From positions 1-36,453 of the forward strand of contig JAADVB010000197.1 of NCBI GenBank assembly GCA_023334545.1: 36,453 bases of DNA, written 5' to 3'. The DNA is from Salisapilia sapeloensis CBS 127946 (taxonomy: Eukaryota; Protista; Oomycota). The notes under the pieces were generated by a model. The model searched no databases. It saw nothing but the letters and a program-made list of their open reading frames with translations, and was not told the origin of the DNA. Of this stretch, positions 10,621 through 20,924 are shown piece by piece. Positions within the stretch are counted from its first letter, which is position 1; every line of letters starts with the position of its first letter. The position numbers were made by a program, and so were the translations under genes.

Positions 10621-11906
10621 TCATCCGCCACGCAGCCACGGGTGGACTGCAATTTCATCAATTGTCAGTCGCTTCGAAGGGTCATCCACCACGAGCATGC
10701 CCATCATCAAGTCTCGAACGCTCGGGGATATGTGGTGCATGCCCCATGAATCCAGCATTTCGCTCATCATGCCCTGCGCGATCATTTGGAAACGAGGGTC
10801 GGCGTCATCCGGACGTTCGAACGGCGGCGCGCCGGTTACCATGATGAATAGCATGACACCTGCCGACCAGATATCCGCCGAAAAACCATTAAACGGCACC
10901 TGATTTCGATAGATCTACAGCTGTATCATCAGGACAATGATGCAAAGAATATATGGTACACAGCATACTTCAGGAGGCATATAGAAGATTTTCCCGACGG
11001 CTCCAGCAGGTGGGAGGGAGTATGTCATGCCCTGTGCATCCACTGGGATACCAATCGCTAGTCCAAAGTCGATAATCTACGCTTCTCGTTAGCTCCATGC
11101 ATCAAGTAGAAAGGAAAGAAGTATCTACTTTGGATGTTTCGCCGTCGAGAAGGACATTTTCAAGCGACATGTCTCGATGGCAAATGTATCGACTCTGGAG
11201 GTACGACAGACCTGCGAGGACTTGTGCGAACCAATGTCGACACTCTTGTTCGTCCATCGCTCCGCCGCTTTCGACGACACTAAAGAGCTCTCCACCGTTG
11301 CAGAATGGGAGCACGGCGTAGATGAATTCATGATCATGCAGACATTCCACCTACGATATGTTACAATCTTCTTCTCTTTTGGATGGATAGGAGGTGTGTA
11401 CTAGTGTCAAGACGTTTTCGTGGCCTGGGGAAGCCAAGTACTGCTGCGTCGCTAATTCCACTAGAGGGTTTTCCTGTAACTTTCCTTCGGCAATGACGGC
11501 CTAGAGTCGAAAGATATGAGTGCCAAGTCTGTTCTATAAGCCTATCCTTCTGTACCTTGCTCATGATCTTGACAGCTACTTCCATTCGAGTACGAACGAA
11601 CGAGCCGTCTGCATTCACTTGCAAACGCACGGCGTGCTTGACTTTGCCATAAATACACTTGCGTAGCGTTCGCACTAGCTCATACGCGCCGCCATTGCCA
11701 GAGAAGATGCACAACCGATCCGGGGCGCCTTCGACGGTGCACCTTCGTATCTCGGCATTGACAAAGTGCACTTCCTGTGGCACAGGCGACGCGAGTCCGT
11801 CGTGATCGAACTGCTCTGACCCGGTGCGAAAGACATCATCCGAGGGATTGATACCTAAAGCTCGTAATTGTGCCTGCAGCTCATCGGAGCACTCTTGCGA
11901 TTGCAT
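10621..11906 (-). CDS. CAMK-like Ser/Thr protein kinase with an HRDMSLEN catalytic loop, 357 aa, 5 exons
   Basis: Exons 11906-11556, 11500-11402, 11350-11129, 11076-10969 and 10914-10621 (1074 nt) join VAVK, ENPLVE, HENVLTL, FCNGGELF, CHRDMSLEN, IIDFGL, GKIFYMPPE, DIWSAGV and KRLTIDEIAVHPW. Confidence 0.93.
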
Positions 11907-12251
11907 ACCCGCTTCTGATCCAGGTCGGCGACTGGCCCTCTTCCAGGCTTTGAGCAGCGAGGCGCGAAAGCCCGTAAGCAGCGGCAGTTTGGCGGTAGAT
12001 CGTCTCGTTGACGATCAAGGAGGACGAACGACCGCTTGATTAGGAAGCGCCAAGCGGAATTGACGCTTGAGGTGCACGACGTGACAAAAAGGGGAAAATG
12101 TGCGGTGAAGACTAGTACTCACGACTGACTTGGCGTTTGTATGCCGTCAAGACACCCCCTTGCCGCCTACGATTGAACGCTGCCAGAGGTAGCTTGACAA
12201 GATACTTGATAAATGTATGAAAAACAAAAAGCGACAAAGCAGCCATGTTAC

Positions 12252-13550
12252 TTAGTCCTGTTCGGCAGCTTGGGCAGCGGCTTCCGCCGCAGAACCGGCT
12301 GCCGTGTCTGTATAGCTCAAGGCGTCATATTGTGCGTCCGTATCGGGGTAACTCGCGCCCTCAATCGTCTTCTGGCGCTTCGCTGCTGGCAATTGGTACT
12401 GATCTGGATACTCAAAGTCAGCTTCCGTCGTACTCACGCCTTTCGACTGGATGACAGCAACCACTGCGTCTTGGTCGGCACGTTCTGCAGCTTCCTTGGC
12501 GACTGGATTCGGATCGTCATATGCCCAGCGGATAGTAATCACGTCGGCGAATTCACCTAGAGCTTGATTCGCCATAGCTTCCTTGGCAAACTCGGCCGAT
12601 ATGCGATATCGGTAACGCACGAAGCAAATGGACAGGCGATGGATGACATTGATGTTCTCCACTTCTCCCCACTCGCCAAATTGTTTCCACAATTCTTTTT
12701 GCACGTCCTTTGGACGCTCATTCACTTGCTGTAGACCTGCCACGTACAACGTTCGAGAGTTACGAGTAAAGTTACCGACGCCATCCATGTCATCACGATC
12801 TGTCGAGTGACGATCACGACCGAAACAGTCCTTCATTAGACCGATGCGAGTCTCGTCTGCAAGTGTCGGTAGCCTGTGAAAGTAGCTGCACTCGGGACCT
12901 TGAGCACAGAGGCCTCGGGCAAAGTGCACACAGAACATTCGGTTGGATTTACCAACCACATCGGCTTTCGTCCGGCCTGCATCGCGCTCGAGAACACACT
13001 TGGCGGTCGCAGGTTCTCGACTCGCGCGATCTTGACTCCAGTGATCTCCAATGTACTTGTCGTACCAGATATTGTACTCATAGGCACCTTCTAATTGAGA
13101 ATTGTGCGTCGGCCTTTGTTCCTGCTGTAGACGTGCCGGTCTTTTCATCCATTTCGCATTCAATTCTTCAAAAGTCTTGTTACTATTCGTCGCACCGGCT
13201 TGACCACGGCCGAACCAGCCAGTGGAATGCGGCGCAGCGCCCATTTCTGCCGGTCGCTCCCACTGCGTTGCGTTTGTGTTGAGGTTATAGTAGTAGATGG
13301 TGTTCGTGTTCGGATCCAGCGCTTCACGCCATGGATTATCGTCGCCTGCAGCGCCTTTCGTGATCAAAGAACCTGGCTGCGGACCGTCTGGCTTGGGCGT
13401 TCGGCATCGATGGCACCGCTGTCGACGAGCATAGTTCTCGTTGCTGCATTCAGGACACGTCCAGTTCTTTTCATAGACAGAGTAAGACGCGCCGACATCG
13501 CCTAGCGTGCCCACGGCCGTGATCTTCCGAGGTAGCTCCCGACCCTGCAT
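12252..13550 (-). CDS. CWC2: Pre-mRNA splicing factor Cwc2 with N-terminal RanBP2 zinc finger and WW domain, 432 aa
   Basis: Cwc2 motifs RPARLQ, EYNIWYDKYIGD, CCCH finger FCVHFARGLCAQGPECSYFH, KDCFGRDRHS..RDDMDGVG and RRM RTLYVAGL...WAYDDPNP. The N-terminus carries WTCPECSNENYARRQRCHRCRTPKP and WREALDP..TIYYYN..T..TQWERP. Confidence 0.93.
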   Translation of the reverse strand: MQGRELPRKITAVGTLGDVGASYSVYEKNWTCPECSNENYARRQRCHRCRTPKPDGPQPGSLITKGAAGDDNPWREALDPNTNTIYYYNLNTNATQWERPAEMGAAPHSTGWFGRGQAGATNSNKTFEELNAKWMKRPARLQQEQRPTHNSQLEGAYEYNIWYDKYIGDHWSQDRASREPATAKCVLERDAGRTKADVVGKSNRMFCVHFARGLCAQGPECSYFHRLPTLADETRIGLMKDCFGRDRHSTDRDDMDGVGNFTRNSRTLYVAGLQQVNERPKDVQKELWKQFGEWGEVENINVIHRLSICFVRYRYRISAEFAKEAMANQALGEFADVITIRWAYDDPNPVAKEAAERADQDAVVAVIQSKGVSTTEADFEYPDQYQLPAAKRQKTIEGASYPDTDAQYDALSYTDTAAGSAAEAAAQAAEQD

Positions 13551-13591
13551 TTAAGTTGTTTTATTAATGGTCAAGACTATATTAAAACCAA

Positions 13592-13606
13592 GTAAATTCT
13601 GAATGA
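13592..13606 (-). promoter_or_regulatory. INR+FPR-like core promoter of CWC2, inside a ~230-bp divergent CWC2/antiporter intergenic region
   Basis: Minus strand TCATTCAGAATTTAC is an INR-like TCATTC followed by an FPR-like AATTTAC (MWTTTNC), about 42-56 bp upstream of ATG 13550. Confidence 0.45.
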
Positions 13607-13780
13607 CTTGGAATGTGTATGGATACGACACCAATCGCCACGAGCAGAACCAGACGACGAGTACGGGCCGGTGCATAGGCTTCTGAGAGAGATCTTTCGC
13701 TAAGAGTGTATTATTATTGGCATCCATTGCTCTTATCTTACAGACAGATACGCTACGGTACTTGGTCGACTTGTATGTGC

Positions 13781-15846
13781 ATGGCAATGGCTCGAACAAC
13801 CGGTTTCAAATGGGTACTCTTCGTCTCAATTATGCTCATGGTTTATTTCAGCGGTACTTGTGCACTACCAAGTGCTACCACAGCTTATGAGAAGATTGTG
13901 GATCACGACTACACTACTATTGATGAAGCAGAAGCGTATGCATCTCCTCAGAGCCAGGAAACAATATCAAGCGAAGCATCTGCATCTCCAAAAGACCTCG
14001 AACTTATTGGAAAAAATGATACGCCAGCACTTCTTCCTGGCACCGCTTCAAGCACATCTGCTCCAAAGATGAACATCTCCATCGATCACGTGGAAGCACA
14101 ACTCCTCATCTTGCAAGACCTTCAGGAACAGGTCGCTCAGAGCATCGAACAAGTCTATTCTCAGCGACAGAACGGTCGAAAGGGTAAACGTACTCGTGCA
14201 TCCGACAAACTTCGTTTGGAGCTAGAAAGCGTCAAGGTACATACCATCATTTGATACATCCATAGGACCAATAAAAGTACTAAACATTTCATTAGTCAAA
14301 TTTAAAACAATTAGCCGATGGATTAAACGGTACATTGGAAGATCTGGAAGTCGTGGAAAAGGATACAGAGGAGAAGAATAAACAACTAGAACAAGTATTA
14401 CAAGAGAAGAAAGATGAAGAGCATGAACAGTACATGGAAGAGCACGGGATTAAAGAAGTGGACTATGAAACAGGCCGGTTGCGTAATACTACAGGTATGA
14501 CACAGGAACAGTTAAAGAAGCTAGAAGCAGTGGAAAAAAAGTCCGACCCAGCGGTCTTACACTACGATTTTGAACTGCTCGGACAAATTGCCGTGCTCCT
14601 CGGCGTCTCGGCCATTGGTGGCATCGTCGCCACGTACTTTAACATCCCCCCGCACATCGGATACCTCTTTGGAGGGGCTCTCGTCGGTCCATCCTGTCTC
14701 GGCCTCGTCATTCAGTACGAGGAAGTCGAGACAATTTCTCTCTTTGGTTCCATCTTCCTTCTCTTTGGCCACGGTGCCGCCTACACGCCCCAGCACCAAG
14801 ATCTGGTCACTAAAAAGTACTTTGTCGGCGGTTTTGCTTACATCCTATCGACAGTCACCCTCGTTGCCTTCGTCTCTGTCATCGTTGGATGGGCAACGTC
14901 TTTCTTAGAAGGGCTGATCATCGGTGTCGGAGTCTCTTTCACCACCACTGCTCCTTTACGTGAACACATTCGAGCGAATCAGATGCATGAGCTAAACTAC
15001 GGCAAAACTGTGATTGCTATTATTGCCGTCCAAGATATCCTCATGAGCTTTGCGTTAGGCACGCCAGAGTGGTTTGCCGTCCGATCTGTCGGCTGGACAC
15101 TCGTCGCAGTCTTTCGTTCTATCGTTTCGTACGCTGTTGTCGCGAGCTTAGCGGTCTGTTTGCATGTGTACGTTGTCCCGCGGCTCATGAATTTCCTCGT
15201 TCAGATGGAACAAGTGCATCATGCTCCTCTCGTTCTCCTTGGTGTCGTTTCTGTATGCCTCTCACTAGCACTTGTGACCGAGTACACTGGTCTTTCCCTC
15301 GAGTGCGGTGCTTTCTTAGCTGGTCTCGTCTTTGTCAATGTCTCCAATACTGCCCAAGTAGCCTTCACATCGATCCACGTGATGGAAAACTTGTTTGGAA
15401 GTATGTTCTTTGCTAGCGTCGGCATGATCCTCAACCCAGTTTTCCTTATCAAAAACGCTGGTGAGATACTCACCATGGTCATTCTCATCATCATGATCAA
15501 AACATGCTCGATGACACTCGTCATGACGTTCTTTAAAGTGTCCATCCAACGGGCTTTTTTTGCAGCCTTTGGCCTTTGTCAGATTGGGGAACTTGCATTA
15601 ATTTTTATGATTAAAGCACATGCCACGGAACTTGTGTCACGTCGCGTCTACCTGCTTTTCGTCGCTGCTGTCGCTGTTTTCCTCGGTTGCTCCTCTGTTT
15701 TCAATCGTCAGTTGGTGGTCACTCGACGTAAAAGTGTGGCCAAGGTGGCACAGGCAGAGTCAGAGGATGGCATTATAATCCATGTTGCCACCAGCGACTC
15801 TCCCTCTGGGAATAGAAATCGTATTCACTCTCGGTCACATGTGTAA
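13781..15846 (+). CDS. CPA2-family K+/H+ antiporter (plant KEA4-6 / animal TMCO3-like), ~668 aa, 2 exons
   Basis: Signal peptide, then coiled coil, then many TM helices with GYLFGGALVGPSCLGLV...VETISLFGSIFLLF, AVQD, GAFLAG, FFASVGM and QIGELA. Intron 14237-14295 joins the two ORF-track pieces in frame. The start could be 13775, 13781 or 13787. Confidence 0.88.
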
Positions 15847-16596
15847 GTCATTGATAGGAAGAGGAAAGAAGTCTTGGTAGGTATTCGGCCTGTATAGTTA
15901 CGGTTGGAAAGTAGCTTGAGATAGTGAACTGCATTACAGCAACCTTTACTGAAAAAGGGCAGGTATTGCGTCACTAGAAAGAAATAGACAACTACATTTG
16001 CTTTTGTTTTAAAGTCTTGCTTGACGTCGTCTCACCTCATTTTGGATCAGCAAGATCTAATGAGATTCTATTCACCCTCATGATCTTTCATATCGGCTGC
16101 ATGGCTGCACTGACATTTAACTAGCGGAACCAAAATTTGCAGATCACGCAGCAGTTATCAGTACTCTGTGCCCATGATTATCTTCGCCGGCCTGCAGGAC
16201 TATCGGACCGTTTAAAGTATCAATATTTGACATCTTCATATCAGCTACCTCCGAAGGTAGCTAATTTGGATTCTAGGAGGAAATCATATAAGAATCGGAC
16301 GATCACAACGTTAATGCTCAAAGCGTGAAGTTTTAAGACGGTTACTGGTACCTTTGACACTCCATATTGAATACCCGATTGCCTTGATCCACATGAACAT
16401 GCGTGAGCATCACCAACTCTCCTAGCAAATAAACTAGGAAGCTACCAAATGAAATGGAAACCCATCCAGAGTTGGAACGCGCAAACTACGAAAGCCACCA
16501 ACCGACCTGATAAAGAGATTGTGACTAATGTTAAAAAGATTAATCATTGTTTTTAACGCTACTGCGAGCTTCCTATGAATCGCTTGCGTTGCTGCG

Positions 16597-18512
16597 TTAT
16601 TGCTTAAACGTCATCGCGGCACTAGCTTGCATCACTTCCGTCAACTCGTCGATCTCTGAGCTCGTATCAGCTTCACTTTGTGCGGGTTCACTACTTGAAA
16701 ACGTACCCGTTCGATTGGGGTGAGCAACCAACGGCTCTGCAATTTGCTGTAACAAGAAAATAAAGCCATCTCGCGTCTCTTCCTCTGCAAACTCCAAATG
16801 CAAATCACGGAAGTGAGTCGAGATGGAGACGACACAAGACAGCTCTGCAGATCGTTTGCTACTTGCCGTTGCGAAAGCTGGTGCTGGACGGTGCGAGTGT
16901 CTGGACGTAAAGAATCGGCATGCGCTACCCACATCTATATGCTCAATGTCGTCTAGGATAATTGCATTATCCAAGCGGTCCGGGAGATCCACGGATGCAG
17001 AGGACGAAGCGCTTTCATGACCGGATTTAGAGCGACTAAGTCCCTCCATTGGCCTCGTCAGTGTGACCGTCGGACCAGCGTTATTACACCTTTCACGTTT
17101 CTGCTTCTCACGCTTGCGAGATCGCCACCAATGCCTTTTTTCGTTGATCGCATTCGATCCGTCACTTGTGGAGCTACCGAGACTGATACTACTAACCGAA
17201 CTATCGTTGCTTTCTTCATTATTGTCACTCGAGTCATGCACTTCAGGCACGGATATGTCCTTATGACCTTTCAACAGACCTGTGAGACCGCCTGCATTGC
17301 GGTACTTGAGCAGTCCTCTCTTGAGTAGTTTCGGTTGCCATAGCAGCGTTTTGCCATCAGCTGTCAGACGTAGAGACGTCTGATGGGGTAATCCGTTCCG
17401 ACCATACTTGACGACAGGCAGGCCTTTGGCAGTGGATAACTGACTGCGAATGGCGTTGGCACATTTCTTTTGGTGCTCTAGCTCTTCCTGACGTCGTCTT
17501 TCCTCGACGGCGTGACGTCGGCGGGTGAGCTCCATACGACCTTGTTCGATCCAAACATTCGTCATGAGCTGTCGAGCGGATGGACGCTTCAATGGATCCA
17601 CACTCAGCATCTTTTTAATCTACGCAATAAGTTAGCCGCGTGTGTAGAAAGCAATATATAAAGCGAACGTACAAGGTCTTTCACACAAGTGTCGATACGT
17701 GACCATTCTTTCGCTGGAAAGCGGACGTGGAACTTGTGCGTTCGAAGCTGAGCCAACTTCATCGGGAACGGAGGGTACCCACAGATCATAATGTAGATGA
17801 CGACGCCAAGACTGAAGATGTCCACTTCCATCCCGTACGACTTGCCATCCAAAATCTCTGGCGCAGCGTACCCGGGTGTACCACACGACTCACTCGACAT
17901 TTCATCGGATGACTCGAGCTGCTTTGCAAAGCCAAAATCACACAATTTGACTGCATAGTCGCTTAAGAGGACGTTCTCAGGCTTGATATCTCGGTGGATG
18001 ATGTTCTTCGTATGGCAGTAGTTAAGCGCTTCGACCATGGCACCTGTGATCGTCTGGGCTTCCTCAAGTGGTAGCTTGCCCATGGTTACGATCCGGTCGA
18101 ACAAGTCGCCGTTTTCGGCTAGCTCCATTATCAAATAACACTCATCTTCGTCTTCAATGACTTCATGGAGCCTCATGATGTGCTCGTGGTCCACGCTCAT
18201 AAGGACACGGACTTCATGCGACAGTGCCACGCGATCTACGTCTGAAAGCTTCTTCTTGTTCACGATCTTGCAGGCGTAGAAACCACCTTTACGACGATGG
18301 GTAACCTGCTTCACAGTCGAGTACGATCCTTCTCCGAGGTTACCGAGGATCGTGTACCTCTGCTCAAATTCAAAGTTACTATGCTGAGCTCGCAAGACCA
18401 TGACGTTCGGTACAGCCGGAGGCTGTGCAGGGCTGTTTACTGTGTCCATGTCATCTTCGGCTAGGGAAGGCGCTGGCGAGAGGATGAACGTACGCTTGGA
18501 TTTGGGGCTCAT
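16597..18512 (-). CDS. CAMK-family Ser/Thr kinase with a C-terminal interrupted PH-like domain, 620 aa, 2 exons
   Basis: LGEGSYSTV, YACK, HRDIKPEN, DFGFAK, CGTPGYAAPE, DIFSLG. Intron 17672-17620 (GTACGT..GCTAAC..TAG) restores KDLIKKMLSVDPLKRPSA. Confidence 0.92.
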
Positions 18513-19471
18513 AAGGTAACTTGGGAAACCGATCGACGTCTGGTTTGGTTCCTATGGGGAGAGGAGAAAGCAATGCAAAGTAAGTGACTTGAGCTCTATC
18601 TGCTAGTAGTATTTCTGGAGAGAAATGTGGGATTACGTAAATTGTATGTACCTCTTCGCATGTCGAATAGTTCTTGCTTCGGTCCGATTTGGTCCATGGC
18701 AAAAAGTGTTGCATGATGGACTAGGAATAGATACTTGATAGTGATGCTACTTTAGTACGCGAAGTTTCGATCTACCGCGTGGTGCTGCTTTCGAGCGAAT
18801 GAGCAACTGTATACCAGATCGTGGAAGGCGCCGAGACAACGGGGCAGACGTCGGCAAATGTGAAACTGCTATGAGAGCCGTAATTAGCTATGCGACCTGC
18901 GAGAGGAGAGGAAGAGAATCGCTTCAGGAGGACCTTCTTTTTCTTTTCTCTGGATGAAACGGTGCGATCTCTCCATCTATTTACTCGCTCGAGGTATAAA
19001 TGTCGCTTGTACGACTAAAGTTCGGAGCTGCATGCACCCTTTCCATGCTTTTACCATCATTTCCTACTCTTGTCTGTTCTATGGCTACCCTTTCTGCGTT
19101 GGATAGACGACCAGGCTAAAAGGTCTAGTGGTGCTAGCAAGATCCAGTAAATGTAATGAAGTGAATCCAGGCACAAAGGAACGATAAGAGGGTGGAAGAG
19201 CTTTTTTCTTCTGAAATCTAGAACTGTGGTAGACGACCCGTTCCTTGATCTCGTCCCATCGTCAATGGATGAAACCAATAGTACCAGCTCTCATGACGCT
19301 CTAGCGCGGTGCTGTATCTAAAGAAATGGATGCGGTAGTCGTAAACTCTATCAAACGAGGACGCGTAAGAAAGCCAGACATCGGTTCACCAGTACTGGTC
19401 GTTTCGCTCAACTTAAACAAAATCCATCCCACTGTTGCTGCCAGTGTCCTATTTAAATGGATCAACTAGAT

Positions 19472-20602
19472 CTAACGTTCCTTTTCGCTGCTTGAGGCTT
19501 CAAACACTTCCCCGTCTTCTTCAGAAGTGGACTTATACTGTTCAAGTCCGAATAGAACTTTTTCATCTTTCATAGCGTCGACAGCTTTCTCCGCTTCAAA
19601 GTAATGCAGACTACGCGTGCTTTATTTAGACTCGCTGCTATCGGTTATATCGAGTATTTCCAACCTGAGATCGTTGAACGCAGCCTCCAGCTGTACATAG
19701 TCCTCCTCTTCTTTCGTTATCTCACAAGCTAGATCTACTTCTATCAAGTGCTGCAGGAGTGGCAGTAGTAAGCATGCGTCGCGATCCTTTGATCGAATCA
19801 ACCGATCGTTGTATGCATTAAAGCTGTTCATATGCAACTTCAGAAATGAAAGATATCATATGACGTGTAGAAGTATACCTATTGCCAATGATATATGTGT
19901 TTCCAAGTGTGCAAACGAGGTTGCTGGCAATCACGTCTTCATATAACTTCCTTCCGCAATGAGGCATGACAAAGAGTGTAAACTTAGAAGCTTCACGTTG
20001 TTTACTTTGCTTGCTTGACAGTGTCTCAACGTGGAAGAAAGACGCAATAGCACGATCACTCTATTCGTTCAAATCTCTTTTACTTATGATGCAGGTCGGA
20101 AGTATCTAATAGTAACTCACCTCGTTCATGATCGGATCGAAGACTTGCATTGACCAGTCCAGTCCGAACTCTGCGTCTAGTTTTGTTTGTATTGCTAGTG
20201 CGTAGGCTAGTTGATAGATAGCATTCGTGGAGGTACAAAAGCTTCCTAGTCCGTAGCATACGACCTTCCTCGCATCGCTGCTCTCTTTCGACGTGGGACA
20301 GTCCCTCCATTGTGTTTTCAGTGTCGTAACTACTTTGTTCACAATCAAATGGTCGAGCAGTTGAGATTGGAGATTTTCTATGCGATTGATGATCGCATTC
20401 TGTTTCTTCGTCGAGATCTCATCCGGAGGCACTGGCTGAGAAGTAGCTCTACATGCGATAGAACCTACTTTAATATCACTCTTTCATAATTATGAAAAAA
20501 ATTCCATTGCCAAAACTTCTATGAACAGTACTTTGAGATATTCGGATGCTTATGGCCTCGTCGGCGTGATCGACGTGATGTCTTGAGCTGCCAACCTTCC
20601 AT
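19472..20602 (-). CDS. SRR1-like protein (SRR1/BER1 family), 292 aa, 5 exons
   Basis: Exons 20602-20532, 20448-20121, 20060-19879, 19823-19665 and 19610-19472 (879 nt) assemble the SRR1 motifs VVCYGLGSF, YQLA, FDPIM, TLFVMPHCGRKLYE, IIGNSF and AFNDLSLHYF. Confidence 0.88.
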
Positions 20603-20924
20603 CGCTTGTGCCTAGTTCTTATCGGGTTGTGGAGTGTATTTTTAGGTTGTTTGTTTCCGTTCTATGCTAAACATACAGTTTAGACACAATAACCAGCAGC
20701 TATCATTCCGAATGTCCATGTAAAGCCTACTCGACTATTTCGTCGCAATGCTAACGATATGTACGCTCAAATACTTTATAAATCGGTGGATTAAAGTTGA
20801 AACGACCGCGAGCTATTTTATTTACTTCCTAAGGCCGTTTCAAAGGCTGGCGACGTCCATTTAATCGCACTCTATCGGTAGCGAGCTCTGCCCCGAGTGG
20901 TCGGTCCGCCCCATATAGAAAGCA

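Noticed and set aside
16530-16557. GTTAAAAA...TTTTTAAC 8-bp stem around the palindrome GATTAATC, downstream of the CAMK-PH gene
   Set aside because: Short and AT-rich, compatible with chance. Bacterial-style terminators are not expected here.
18600-19450. Region between the CAMK-PH and SRR1-like genes, including ORF 19057-19278
   Set aside because: No coherent spliced model or motif found. Treated as UTR or intergenic.
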